From Trichormus sp. ATA11-4-KO1 (lineage in GTDB: Bacteria > Cyanobacteriota > Cyanobacteriia > Cyanobacteriales > Nostocaceae): 64,000 bases of DNA. Shown here piece after piece: positions 32,381-40,270 of the stretch (within the stretch, counting starts at the first letter, position 1; every line of letters begins with the position of its first letter). Under the pieces are notes generated by a model that worked only from the letters and a program-made list of their open reading frames with translations, was not told where the DNA came from and searched no databases. The position numbers and the translations under genes are program-made. The stretch is from contig JAHHIM010000017.1 of NCBI GenBank assembly GCA_019358915.1, positions 24,107 through 88,106 on the forward strand. The letters are read 5' to 3'.

Positions 32381-32800
32381 TTAATGCGGTATATTTTTGT
32401 GTTTAAATTCTTCAGTTAGCCCATTAATGGAATATCGTTTTTTCTCGGTTGCATAGCCGTAAACAACCTCCTTAATTACATCTTGCCGTCTGTCCATGAG
32501 TGCCAAGCAATCATCGCAGACAACAGTAATAGCCCCGTCGCTGGGCAAGCCGCAAACAAGACAGCCCCAACCCGTACCTGGGACAGGTGCTTTCTTTTCT
32601 AGGGTGATGATGTTCCGTACAGTTTCCCCCGTGCAGCCGCAACTACAACACGTCCCCAGGTCAAGGGATTCTTCATCGTAGTCTGGATCGTCTTCATCTT
32701 CACTCCAAACGTAACCGCAATCATCGCACTCCCAAAATCCAAAATAATCGTCATATTGAGTGCGGGATGAATCGCATTTGGGGCATTGTTCACCACTCAT
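32381..32800 (-). CDS. Cys-rich zinc-finger hypothetical protein
   Basis: Several CxxC pairs (CPKC, CDDC, CCSC, CLVC, CDDC); overlaps the upstream gene. Confidence 0.7.
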   Translation of the reverse strand: MSGEQCPKCDSSRTQYDDYFGFWECDDCGYVWSEDEDDPDYDEESLDLGTCCSCGCTGETVRNIITLEKKAPVPGTGWGCLVCGLPSDGAITVVCDDCLALMDRRQDVIKEVVYGYATEKKRYSINGLTEEFKHKNIPH

Positions 32801-33335
32801 TCCTCAATCCCTCATCTAAAATCTGCTGCAACCGTTGCTTGCCCTCTTCCCAGCGACGGCCGCCCAATTTCAAAACCTGCTCAATTACATAAGTCTCACC
32901 CTTGACTTCCAGTAATGACTTCACAGCCAAATAAAACGCTTTTTTCTCGGAAGTGGAAGTGGAAGCTTCAACCGGATGATCCGCGCTCGGCTCCTGGACT
33001 AAGTGATTGAGGGAATCAATTAACTCCTGGTGAACTTCCGGCGGGTAAGTTTGGGTGGGTGCAGCGCCGTAGATTTCATAAAGTGCCTGTTCTTGGTTTT
33101 GTGCGCTCAGTGCAATTTCAACTTGTTCTAGTTCCAGGTTCATCACGGCTAGGGCAGCGCGGCGGGCATCTTGAATCATCAGCCGTTTTGAGTCCTGGAC
33201 AAGTTGCACCGAGGACACCAACGCCAAACCGTAGGAAATGCCTCTGGCCACATTGGGAATAGGGGAAAGTGCGGCTAACCATAAGGCTGCTGCACTGGCA
33301 AGAAGACAATTGCACTTTAACCAGCGATCAGCCAT
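32790..33335 (-). CDS. Hypothetical membrane protein (2 N-terminal TM + coiled coil)
   Basis: Hydrophobic N-terminus; overlaps both neighbours in the leftward operon. Confidence 0.7.
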   Translation of the reverse strand: MADRWLKCNCLLASAAALWLAALSPIPNVARGISYGLALVSSVQLVQDSKRLMIQDARRAALAVMNLELEQVEIALSAQNQEQALYEIYGAAPTQTYPPEVHQELIDSLNHLVQEPSADHPVEASTSTSEKKAFYLAVKSLLEVKGETYVIEQVLKLGGRRWEEGKQRLQQILDEGLRNEW

Positions 33336-33589
33336 GTCAGGACTCCTCCCAAGAAAATGGCGGCGGCGATCGCGATCAGCATCGCGTAATAATCCGGCTC
33401 AGTTAATTTGATAAACGGTCTAATCGCGTCGTCGGTCACCAATGCCAAGACCAGCGCCGCAGATGCAACGATGTAAACAACCCACATCACCCGAAATAAA
33501 GCCGGATGTAACGCCCCTAGCCACGATACACAGCTAGAGGCGATACACCCAGTTAGGAACCATGCCCCCAGGTGTACCGCCTTTGCCAT
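33317..33589 (-). CDS. Small hypothetical membrane protein (about 3 TM)
   Basis: 90 aa, three hydrophobic stretches; abuts the upstream gene. Confidence 0.7.
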   Translation of the reverse strand: MAKAVHLGAWFLTGCIASSCVSWLGALHPALFRVMWVVYIVASAALVLALVTDDAIRPFIKLTEPDYYAMLIAIAAAIFLGGVLTWLIAG

Positions 33590-34105
33590 TTAGTATTGCT
33601 CCTTGACTTTGGCTTTTAGTTCATCAATGCGTTTTTGGGCGTTGTTTTCGGCGCGGTCTAACCCGGCTCCCAACTTGGCATACTCAGGGCGCAGCGCGTG
33701 TAGATGTCTGGCTGTGGCTGCATCGGTACGTTTCTTCACTAGTTCGCTGTCAGCTACGCCGCGAATATAGCTGCGATGAGCGGAGTGTACCTGAGCATCG
33801 GCATTTTCAATCTTCTTGAGGGATTTGTAAGCTCGTTTTGATTGAATGGCTCCTTGTGCGGTTTGGGTGGCGAGTGCCTTGAGTGCGTCGGCTTCTTGCT
33901 TGTTAAAATATCGCGGATTATGACTGACGGGTGCTGTCCTCACGGTTTCCCAACTTCCCGCGTTCATGGGATTGATTACAGTTTGGTCAGTTGGGGATAA
34001 CACCCGATTTTTATCTATGGCATGGCCTCCGGTGGCGAGTGATGATTGATTGGTGCTGCTGTTACCGGATTTACCCCGGCTGGTAATACGTGCTAAGACT
34101 CCCAT
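33590..34105 (-). CDS. Hypothetical basic helical/coiled-coil protein
   Basis: 171-aa ORF with GGAG RBS in an operon context. Confidence 0.7.
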   Translation of the reverse strand: MGVLARITSRGKSGNSSTNQSSLATGGHAIDKNRVLSPTDQTVINPMNAGSWETVRTAPVSHNPRYFNKQEADALKALATQTAQGAIQSKRAYKSLKKIENADAQVHSAHRSYIRGVADSELVKKRTDAATARHLHALRPEYAKLGAGLDRAENNAQKRIDELKAKVKEQY

Positions 34106-34117
34106 TAGTTTTTACTC

Positions 34118-34366
34118 CTACCTACAAACTTGGGTTTTAACTTTTTGCAGCTGCTGCACGTCAGCTTGCATCTGTCGCAGTTCAATTTGGTCAGCGCTTT
34201 GGTAGGTTGCCATTGCACCAATACTCAAGCCGGCGACTAGGGACGCGGCGACCATGACTAAGTAAGCAGCCGTGTTATTCGCGGCTGGGGTGGGTTGTAT
34301 TTCGGTGGGGTAAAATTCACCAGTGAATGGTACAACCTTACTGGTTTGCTGTTTAGTCTTGTTCAT
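34118..34366 (-). CDS. Small single-TM coiled-coil protein
   Basis: MNKTKQQ start at 34366; TM AAYLVMVAASLVAGLSIGAMA. Confidence 0.65.
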   Translation of the reverse strand: MNKTKQQTSKVVPFTGEFYPTEIQPTPAANNTAAYLVMVAASLVAGLSIGAMATYQSADQIELRQMQADVQQLQKVKTQVCR

Positions 34367-34808
34367 CGGCTCCATCCAGTAGCATCGGCTGATATGTGGG
34401 CAACAGTAGATGAGATGTGCCAGCGTTGATGGCAGCACGAACGGAGATTGTAACTATCTCTCGGTCTTCCGGTGTGGGATTGTCCCGCATTTGTTTAATG
34501 CGCTGCAATACCCGTCCGGGTAACTGTCGCCAGTATTCACGGGCTAATTGCTGTGAGTCGTGGTCAAGCAAGGCTTCTAGTAGGTCATCCGTGTCAGGAT
34601 TTGCATCGTCGTCTGTTGCATTTTCTGATGCACGACTCCGCAGCAGTTCTAGTCCTGCCTCAGTCCACATCTTGCGGCCTGAATCTTCAACCACGACGTG
34701 AACATCTACTAGGAACACCCCAGGGTGGCGGCGTAACCAACTGCGGATTGTGCTTTCGGGGATGTTTGTCTCCCTGGATGCTTCAGGTGTTGTGTACAGT
34801 TGGCTCAT
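34353..34808 (-). CDS. MerR/excisionase-like HTH protein
   Basis: MSQLYTTPEASRETNIPESTIRSWLRRH...GRKMWT winged-HTH pattern; start at ATG 34808. Confidence 0.7.
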   Translation of the reverse strand: MSQLYTTPEASRETNIPESTIRSWLRRHPGVFLVDVHVVVEDSGRKMWTEAGLELLRSRASENATDDDANPDTDDLLEALLDHDSQQLAREYWRQLPGRVLQRIKQMRDNPTPEDREIVTISVRAAINAGTSHLLLPTYQPMLLDGADEQD

Positions 34809-35085
34809 GTTGCCCCCAACGGATTTGTGCAATGAGCGCTTCAAGTAGTCCTTCTTGTTCTGATAAGGGGAGTTTTTCTTGTATCTTGGCTCCTATTTCG
34901 TAAATTTCGTTGCGGGTTTCGCCTGGGGCATCGCCGCACATTTGAGCAGACAGGGAGGAGATGAGGAATAATTTCTCTCTCTTGGTCATCCGCTCGAATG
35001 TTGCGCCGTATGTTTCTTGTAGGTAATCCAGAAATGTACCGTCACCTGGGGTGTAATTGGTGTAATAGCCTATTGGCTTGGACAT
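34783..35085 (-). CDS. Hypothetical protein, first gene of the leftward operon (100 aa)
   Basis: MSKPIGYY start with a strong AAGGAG RBS. Confidence 0.7.
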   Translation of the reverse strand: MSKPIGYYTNYTPGDGTFLDYLQETYGATFERMTKREKLFLISSLSAQMCGDAPGETRNEIYEIGAKIQEKLPLSEQEGLLEALIAQIRWGQHEPTVHNT

Positions 35086-35423
35086 TGGTAAAATCTCCTT
35101 AATTACAATTACTGAATTTGTTAACGGCGATCGCACTGGGGAAACAGTCGATCGCTTTTTTACTTGCAACTCCTCAGCAGGTCTTTGATATTCGCTCAGT
35201 GCTTGCAGGCTGCTATCTCTACATGGTTTGGGAGTTGAGGAAAGTGCCAGTAGGAGCGCTACTGGCAGGCGTTGCAAACTGAAGAAAGAATAGCTTTTTG
35301 GTTTGTTTTCCTCCATGAGCGCATCAGGTACAGGGGTTGCATCGCCCACGCTGGCAGGTCTTTACTGTTGCATGTCGCAGTAGGCTGCCATCTCTACTTA
35401 ATTTGCGCGTTCATCTGTTACTC

Positions 35424-35512
35424 TTGTGTAAGACTAAAAAACATACTAGCATCTTGTGTAAGAAAAGCAATAAGATGTTGTGTAAGAAGTGATGTTAAAA
35501 TTTTGTGTAAGA
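35424..35512. promoter_or_regulatory. Four direct repeats TTGTGTAAGA (operator array)
   Basis: Exact copies at 35424, 35454, 35478 and 35503 between divergent transcription units. Confidence 0.75.
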
Positions 35513-35531
35513 ATCATGAAACCCTTACCAA

Positions 35532-35735
35532 ATGGCAAAGAAGAAACACGGACGTTACGAGGAACCCAAGGTCAGGGTCAATATTTCTCTGACCCAAACA
35601 TCCATCGAGAGCCTGGATCGCAAGGCATCTCAGATGGGATTGAGCAGATCGGAATTAATCGAAACCATAGCTCGCAAGGATCAGAATTTATCAGTCGCAG
35701 AGAAAGAGTTACTGGGGGAATGCTGCGCCAGCTGA
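35532..35735 (+). CDS. CopG/ribbon-helix-helix regulator
   Basis: KVRVNISLT..SIESLDRKASQMGLSRSELIETIAR. Confidence 0.85.
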   Translation: MAKKKHGRYEEPKVRVNISLTQTSIESLDRKASQMGLSRSELIETIARKDQNLSVAEKELLGECCAS

Positions 35736-35839
35736 TTAGCGAGTATCGGAATCAGGTGGCCATTAAAAAACAGGAAATACAAAGTCTTGAGTCTAGAGTT
35801 GAAGAATTAGAGTTACTACAGAAAGACTTAGAAGAATAA
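35720..35839 (+). CDS. Short coiled-coil protein (possibly longer, from ATG 35516, overlapping the RHH gene)
   Basis: LRQLISEYRNQVAIKKQEIQSLESRVEELELLQKDLEE heptads; followed by a terminator. Confidence 0.5.
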   Translation: MLRQLISEYRNQVAIKKQEIQSLESRVEELELLQKDLEE

Positions 35840-35873
35840 AAGCGTCCTGCCTGTAAGGTGGGACGCTTTTATT
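35835..35873. terminator. Bidirectional intrinsic terminator
   Basis: AATAAAAGCGTCC...GGACGCTTTTATT inverted repeat between convergent genes. Confidence 0.75.
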
Positions 35874-35903
35874 TATGGATGGGTTACTAGTTTACGCCTG
35901 GGT

Positions 35904-36242
35904 TTAGATGCCTAGGTTTGACCGCAGATTATCTAGCGGCGATGGTGGTTTGATTTCTGGCTGTTCGGGAACGAACTCCAGTCGAAACCGGAAGCGTCCT
36001 TTTATCCAGCCTCCGCCAGATGTACGCAAAACTTGACAATTGAAACCCTGTTCCGTAAACCATACAGCCTCAGAACTCTTGTTGTTGGTGTTGTTCCTTG
36101 ACCATGTTTCTATCGCTTTAATGAGGCAATCAATTTTAGTTATGGTCTCCAGTCCAAATTCTTTTGACTGAATAGTGACAACGCAATCCTTGCTCAACCC
36201 CAACTTGTTATCAGGGTCTATTCCAAATCTTTCTAAACTCAT
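35904..36242 (-). CDS. KGK domain protein
   Basis: WFTEQGFNCQVLR..GGGWIKGRFRFRLEFVPE..SPLDNLR; start at ATG 36242. Confidence 0.8.
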   Translation of the reverse strand: MSLERFGIDPDNKLGLSKDCVVTIQSKEFGLETITKIDCLIKAIETWSRNNTNNKSSEAVWFTEQGFNCQVLRTSGGGWIKGRFRFRLEFVPEQPEIKPPSPLDNLRSNLGI

Positions 36243-36422
36243 TTCGCTTTTCTCTTTCGGTACACAACATGGCGGGTCAAGCTCGCAACCTGACCCGCCT
36301 TTCCTAATATTTCCCCAAAGACCCAAGCCACGATAGGTGGTACATCGACAAGGCGGTATATGACCTAGAACGCGATCGGCGTTAACCCCACAACCCTAGT
36401 AAACAAATATCAGGAGAAAATC

Positions 36423-39101
36423 ATGACATACGCAAAAGAAAAAGAGGTAGCAGGAACCACCTCAAACAAGAAATTAGTATTCGATAAAACCATTAATAAC
36501 ACTACTAATTCTAACACAAAAATCCCAGAACACATAGATAAAAAACACTGGGATGAGTGGACGGATAGCGGTGTTAATTACGAAATAATATCGCGAAATG
36601 TGCGCTCATTGCATGACCCGCTAGCAGTAGATAAATTACTAAATAGAAACAACAAATCAAGATGGAAACACTCTAGTAACCTCATACCATGCTGGTCAGT
36701 TAGTGGAGTAGATCCAGAAACTGGAGAGCCGACACTGCTTGGTATTCAAGTCAAACCGGACACACCAATACTGAACAAACAAGGCAAGTTACAAAAATAT
36801 CTTGGTGCATCCGAGTATCAATCCGCGCCACTGTTTCTAGACACTGGCATCAATGATTTTTGGCAAGAAGTTATTAATACCAAAGTAGAACCAATCATCA
36901 TTACTGAAGGTGCTAAAAAAGCGGGTGCAGGACTATCAATTGGATACACAACAATTTCTATTCCAGGTGTATCTACTTGTAGAAAAAACGGCAGACTGCA
37001 TGATTCACTTCAGCTATTTACGGGCTTTGGTAGAACGTTCTACCTATGCTTTGACAATGACATTATTGTCAAAAAACCCGTACAAAATGCCATGTTGGCA
37101 ATGGCTAAGGAATTAAGCGCTACCGGGTCAAAGGTCATGGTCATTGAACTTCCACCGGGAGAGTTAAAAGGAATGGATGATTTTATCGCCAACTACGGGA
37201 AAGATGCCTTTCACCGACTGGTCGAGAACGCCAAAACCATCGAGGAATGGCGTAAACACCTTGAGGAAGAATGGGTAAAGCAGCAACTTGAAGAAGGTCA
37301 AGAAACAAAGTGTAAGCTTAAACGCCAGTTTGAAATTATCCGTGACGGTTGGGGAGAAGGTTTACGCCTCAACCAGATGAAAAATCAAATTGAACTAGCG
37401 GGGCAACCGCTCGACTTAGACCAAATTCGCCTGCACATGGTTTTGGAATTTGAGGAAGCAGTGCCAATTGGGGATGCTCAAGCCATAGTCCAGATGCTGG
37501 CCAATCAAAACGCCTACCACCCAGTAGCAGATTATCTGGAACACGTTACTCACCTTCACCCAGACGTTGACACCAGCATCTTAAACAATTTAGCTACCCG
37601 TTACTTTGGTTCTGACAACGAACTGCACAACATATATATGAAAAAAGTTCTGATTTCAGCCGTTGCCCGTGTCATGCAACCGGGGTGCAGAGTTGAATCA
37701 GTGCCGATTCTTGTCAATCCACGCCAGGGAATTGGTAAAAGTACATTTTGGCGAAATCTATTTGGTGAGGATTGGTTCAGCGATGACATGGGAGAAGCCA
37801 ACGAAAAAGACGAAAGAATGAAGCTGCATAACTTCTGGTGTTTGGAGTGGTCTGAGTTCGAGAACGTTTACAGAAAGAAAGATGTCAGCGCTCTGAAAAA
37901 ATTCATCACCACAAAAACCGATAGTTACAGAACCCCATACTCTCGCACTATCAAGGAATATCCACGCCGATCAATATTGGTTGGCACGACCAATGAGAAA
38001 GAAATACTAGCTGACCCCACAGGTAGCCGACGCTTCTGGGTAATTCCGGTTAAGGGAATCATCCCAGTAGAACAGTTAGTGAGGGAACGTGACTTACTTT
38101 GGGCAGCTGCCTATGCACTCTACCAAGCTGGCGAAGACTGGAAGCTTACTTCCGAGCAAGAAGAACTCAGGGAAGAACTGAATAAACAGTTTCAGGTAAT
38201 TGACCCCTGGACTGAACAAATTCAGGAATACATCCAGGGACGCGACGTTGTGACACTCACTGAAATTTTTCGGCTTCTCGCTGTGGAAACAGCACGCCAA
38301 GACGTAGGCACATCGAGAAGAATCAGCGCCATATTCAGCCGGCTGGGTTGGGAAACCGAGCGAAAACGTGAGGGTGGATGTTGGATAAGACGGTGGGTAA
38401 AAAAAGATGAAAAGTTGCAAAACCTATCTGGATCATCTGGATCATCTGGATCAATGGGTACTGACAAGCAAGTACAAAAAGATACAGATAGCGGTCTAAA
38501 CCTTCAACACAATAATCAACCTGAAAAAAACACACAATCTTATCTGGATCAATCGGCTACTACACAGCAAGGGTTACAGGAATTGATCCAGATAGATCCA
38601 GATAGGTTTTGTAACTTTTCAGAAAATTCTAACCACTTAGATACAAATGTTAAATCTGATTCTCAAGTTTTGGAACATGCTGATCCAGATAGATTTTCAG
38701 AAAAATCTGAACATTTAAATTCACCTACCTCATCGCCTAAAGACCTACCCGCGATCACTCCAAAAATTGAGGAGGGCAAAATTTATTGGTCACGGTCACT
38801 AAATAAACAGGTGAAGGTAATTAAGGTTTACCCCTCAGCCAAAAAAGTGGATTGTCACGTCGCGGGTGACGCGATCGCCAAACCCCGGCTGGCATTTTCT
38901 GATTTACTCCTGTCATCTCCTCCCTATGCTCCCGGCGATAAGGTCAAGGTGCTGGAGGGTGAACACAAAGGATTAGATTTGGTAGTTTCTTCCGTTGATG
39001 CCGATGGCAATCTGTGGCTAAAAAAAGATAGCCAAAAATTTGCGCCGCCCCTGAGCAATCACGGGCAACCATATACGGCTAGTCAATTGAAGCGAAAATG
39101 A
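36423..39101 (+). CDS. Primase-helicase: DUF3854/Toprim-like + VapE-type helicase + C-terminal KOW-like domain
   Basis: IIITEGAKKA, CFDND and KGMDD (Toprim); QGIGKST Walker A, LEWSE, GTTNE..LADPTGSRRFW (VapE); PGDKVKVLEG.HKG. Confidence 0.9.
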   Translation: MTYAKEKEVAGTTSNKKLVFDKTINNTTNSNTKIPEHIDKKHWDEWTDSGVNYEIISRNVRSLHDPLAVDKLLNRNNKSRWKHSSNLIPCWSVSGVDPETGEPTLLGIQVKPDTPILNKQGKLQKYLGASEYQSAPLFLDTGINDFWQEVINTKVEPIIITEGAKKAGAGLSIGYTTISIPGVSTCRKNGRLHDSLQLFTGFGRTFYLCFDNDIIVKKPVQNAMLAMAKELSATGSKVMVIELPPGELKGMDDFIANYGKDAFHRLVENAKTIEEWRKHLEEEWVKQQLEEGQETKCKLKRQFEIIRDGWGEGLRLNQMKNQIELAGQPLDLDQIRLHMVLEFEEAVPIGDAQAIVQMLANQNAYHPVADYLEHVTHLHPDVDTSILNNLATRYFGSDNELHNIYMKKVLISAVARVMQPGCRVESVPILVNPRQGIGKSTFWRNLFGEDWFSDDMGEANEKDERMKLHNFWCLEWSEFENVYRKKDVSALKKFITTKTDSYRTPYSRTIKEYPRRSILVGTTNEKEILADPTGSRRFWVIPVKGIIPVEQLVRERDLLWAAAYALYQAGEDWKLTSEQEELREELNKQFQVIDPWTEQIQEYIQGRDVVTLTEIFRLLAVETARQDVGTSRRISAIFSRLGWETERKREGGCWIRRWVKKDEKLQNLSGSSGSSGSMGTDKQVQKDTDSGLNLQHNNQPEKNTQSYLDQSATTQQGLQELIQIDPDRFCNFSENSNHLDTNVKSDSQVLEHADPDRFSEKSEHLNSPTSSPKDLPAITPKIEEGKIYWSRSLNKQVKVIKVYPSAKKVDCHVAGDAIAKPRLAFSDLLLSSPPYAPGDKVKVLEGEHKGLDLVVSSVDADGNLWLKKDSQKFAPPLSNHGQPYTASQLKRK
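38408..38690. repeat. Iteron-like ATCTGGATC repeats and 27-bp inverted repeat (putative ori)
   Basis: Four forward copies (38426, 38435, 38444, 38542) and three reverse copies (38585, 38595, 38682); arms 38408-38434 and 38595-38621 match 26/27. Confidence 0.8.
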
Positions 39102-39283
39102 CCAAAAACTTAATCCGTATCCAGTGCCCCCGTTGCCACGGGTGGCATACTCACCGCAATGGCTGGAATCCCCGTGCTAGCGGTGAGAAGGTGCAGAAAT
39201 GGTATTGCCAAGAGTGCGATCGCAGTTTTCAGGAGTGCGATCAGCTACGCTGTACCGCAGGCGATCGTCAATCGAATTCTTAA
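39098..39283 (+). CDS. Small zinc-ribbon protein
   Basis: CPRC...RNG....QKWYCQECDRSF; ATGA overlap with the primase-helicase gene. Confidence 0.65.
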   Translation: MTKNLIRIQCPRCHGWHTHRNGWNPRASGEKVQKWYCQECDRSFQECDQLRCTAGDRQSNS

Positions 39284-39362
39284 TAGTTTCAGTATACGTA
39301 CTCAGACTTATATCCCCTTGATTGTCATAAAACGGATTTATCTTCATTAAAAATTCGTTGTC

Positions 39363-39695
39363 ATGGCAGAACCAACTTTACAACAAGTATTTGGGGCAAA
39401 CGCTACCCAAGACATCAACTCTATAACTATCAGCAAGACAGACTTGGCAGCAGTTGGATTAACTGCCAATGCAACCAATACAGCCGAGTCTTTATTGATT
39501 GCGATTAATTTATTAGCTAAAACTTATCTCACCCAAGCCAATTTTGATGCAAACATTGACCAAAGCATCATTGTTGAAAATGGCTTTTCAAGCTTCACCA
39601 CTAGGGGAGTGAATAATGATAGCTATCGCACCGACCAATTAACAGTTACGCTAGCAAAACTAGATAGCTCAACACTTGACCCGGATGATTACTAA
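39363..39695 (+). CDS. Hypothetical protein, candidate virion subunit (110 aa)
   Basis: First gene of the coupled rightward module; Thr/Ala/Asn-rich; TAATG coupling to the next gene. Confidence 0.7.
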   Translation: MAEPTLQQVFGANATQDINSITISKTDLAAVGLTANATNTAESLLIAINLLAKTYLTQANFDANIDQSIIVENGFSSFTTRGVNNDSYRTDQLTVTLAKLDSSTLDPDDY

Positions 39696-40270
39696 TGGCT
39701 AGTTACTGTGAAATTGGGCAAACTGCAAAAGTTACCCTACCCAATGGTGAGGTACTTTCCTTTAATGAAAATCTGCCGATAAATATCACCTGTAAGGATG
39801 AATATCCAGATTGCCAGCTTGTAACAGTAACTTACAAATATGTTCAGCAAGGGTCAGGTGGAACGTTGCACTCTACTCAAAGATCCATTATTGTTTGGTC
39901 ACCAGTTGGAGGGCTGCGTACTGTTCCTAATGGAATATATACCAACGTTCAAATGCAATCTAGAGGAGGATTTAATAGTTGCATTGCTTATGATTGGTAT
40001 AATCTTGTTGCTAATCTTACTAACTTTGTATCTGCTGAAATATTAAGTGTTGTTCCTTATGGCAGTACACCACCACAAAAGAAATTAATCATTAAAGATT
40101 TTCTAAATAATGAATTACACAATGCTTTGTATAGCAATTGTAATTATTTGGTGGAATGCTTGGAGGGTTGCCCTCCAGGTACTTTAGATTGTGGTGATTG
40201 TTGTTTGACTTGCAATGATGTATTCAATGAAATTTCATCTATAAGAGCATTAGTTAAAAGCTTAAAATAA
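39695..40270 (+). CDS. Hypothetical protein with Cys-rich C-terminus
   Basis: CLEGCPPGTLDCGDCCLTC followed by a short helix; coupled on both sides. Confidence 0.7.
   Translation: MASYCEIGQTAKVTLPNGEVLSFNENLPINITCKDEYPDCQLVTVTYKYVQQGSGGTLHSTQRSIIVWSPVGGLRTVPNGIYTNVQMQSRGGFNSCIAYDWYNLVANLTNFVSAEILSVVPYGSTPPQKKLIIKDFLNNELHNALYSNCNYLVECLEGCPPGTLDCGDCCLTCNDVFNEISSIRALVKSLK

Noticed and set aside
35177..35397. tRNA gene or mini-CRISPR in the element leader
   Set aside because: No cloverleaf or TTC T-loop, and only two bipartite units; kept instead as a candidate structured RNA.
39098..39283. IS1 element (InsA)
   Set aside because: Only a Zn ribbon, with no InsB/DDE gene or inverted repeats, and it is coupled to the replicase.
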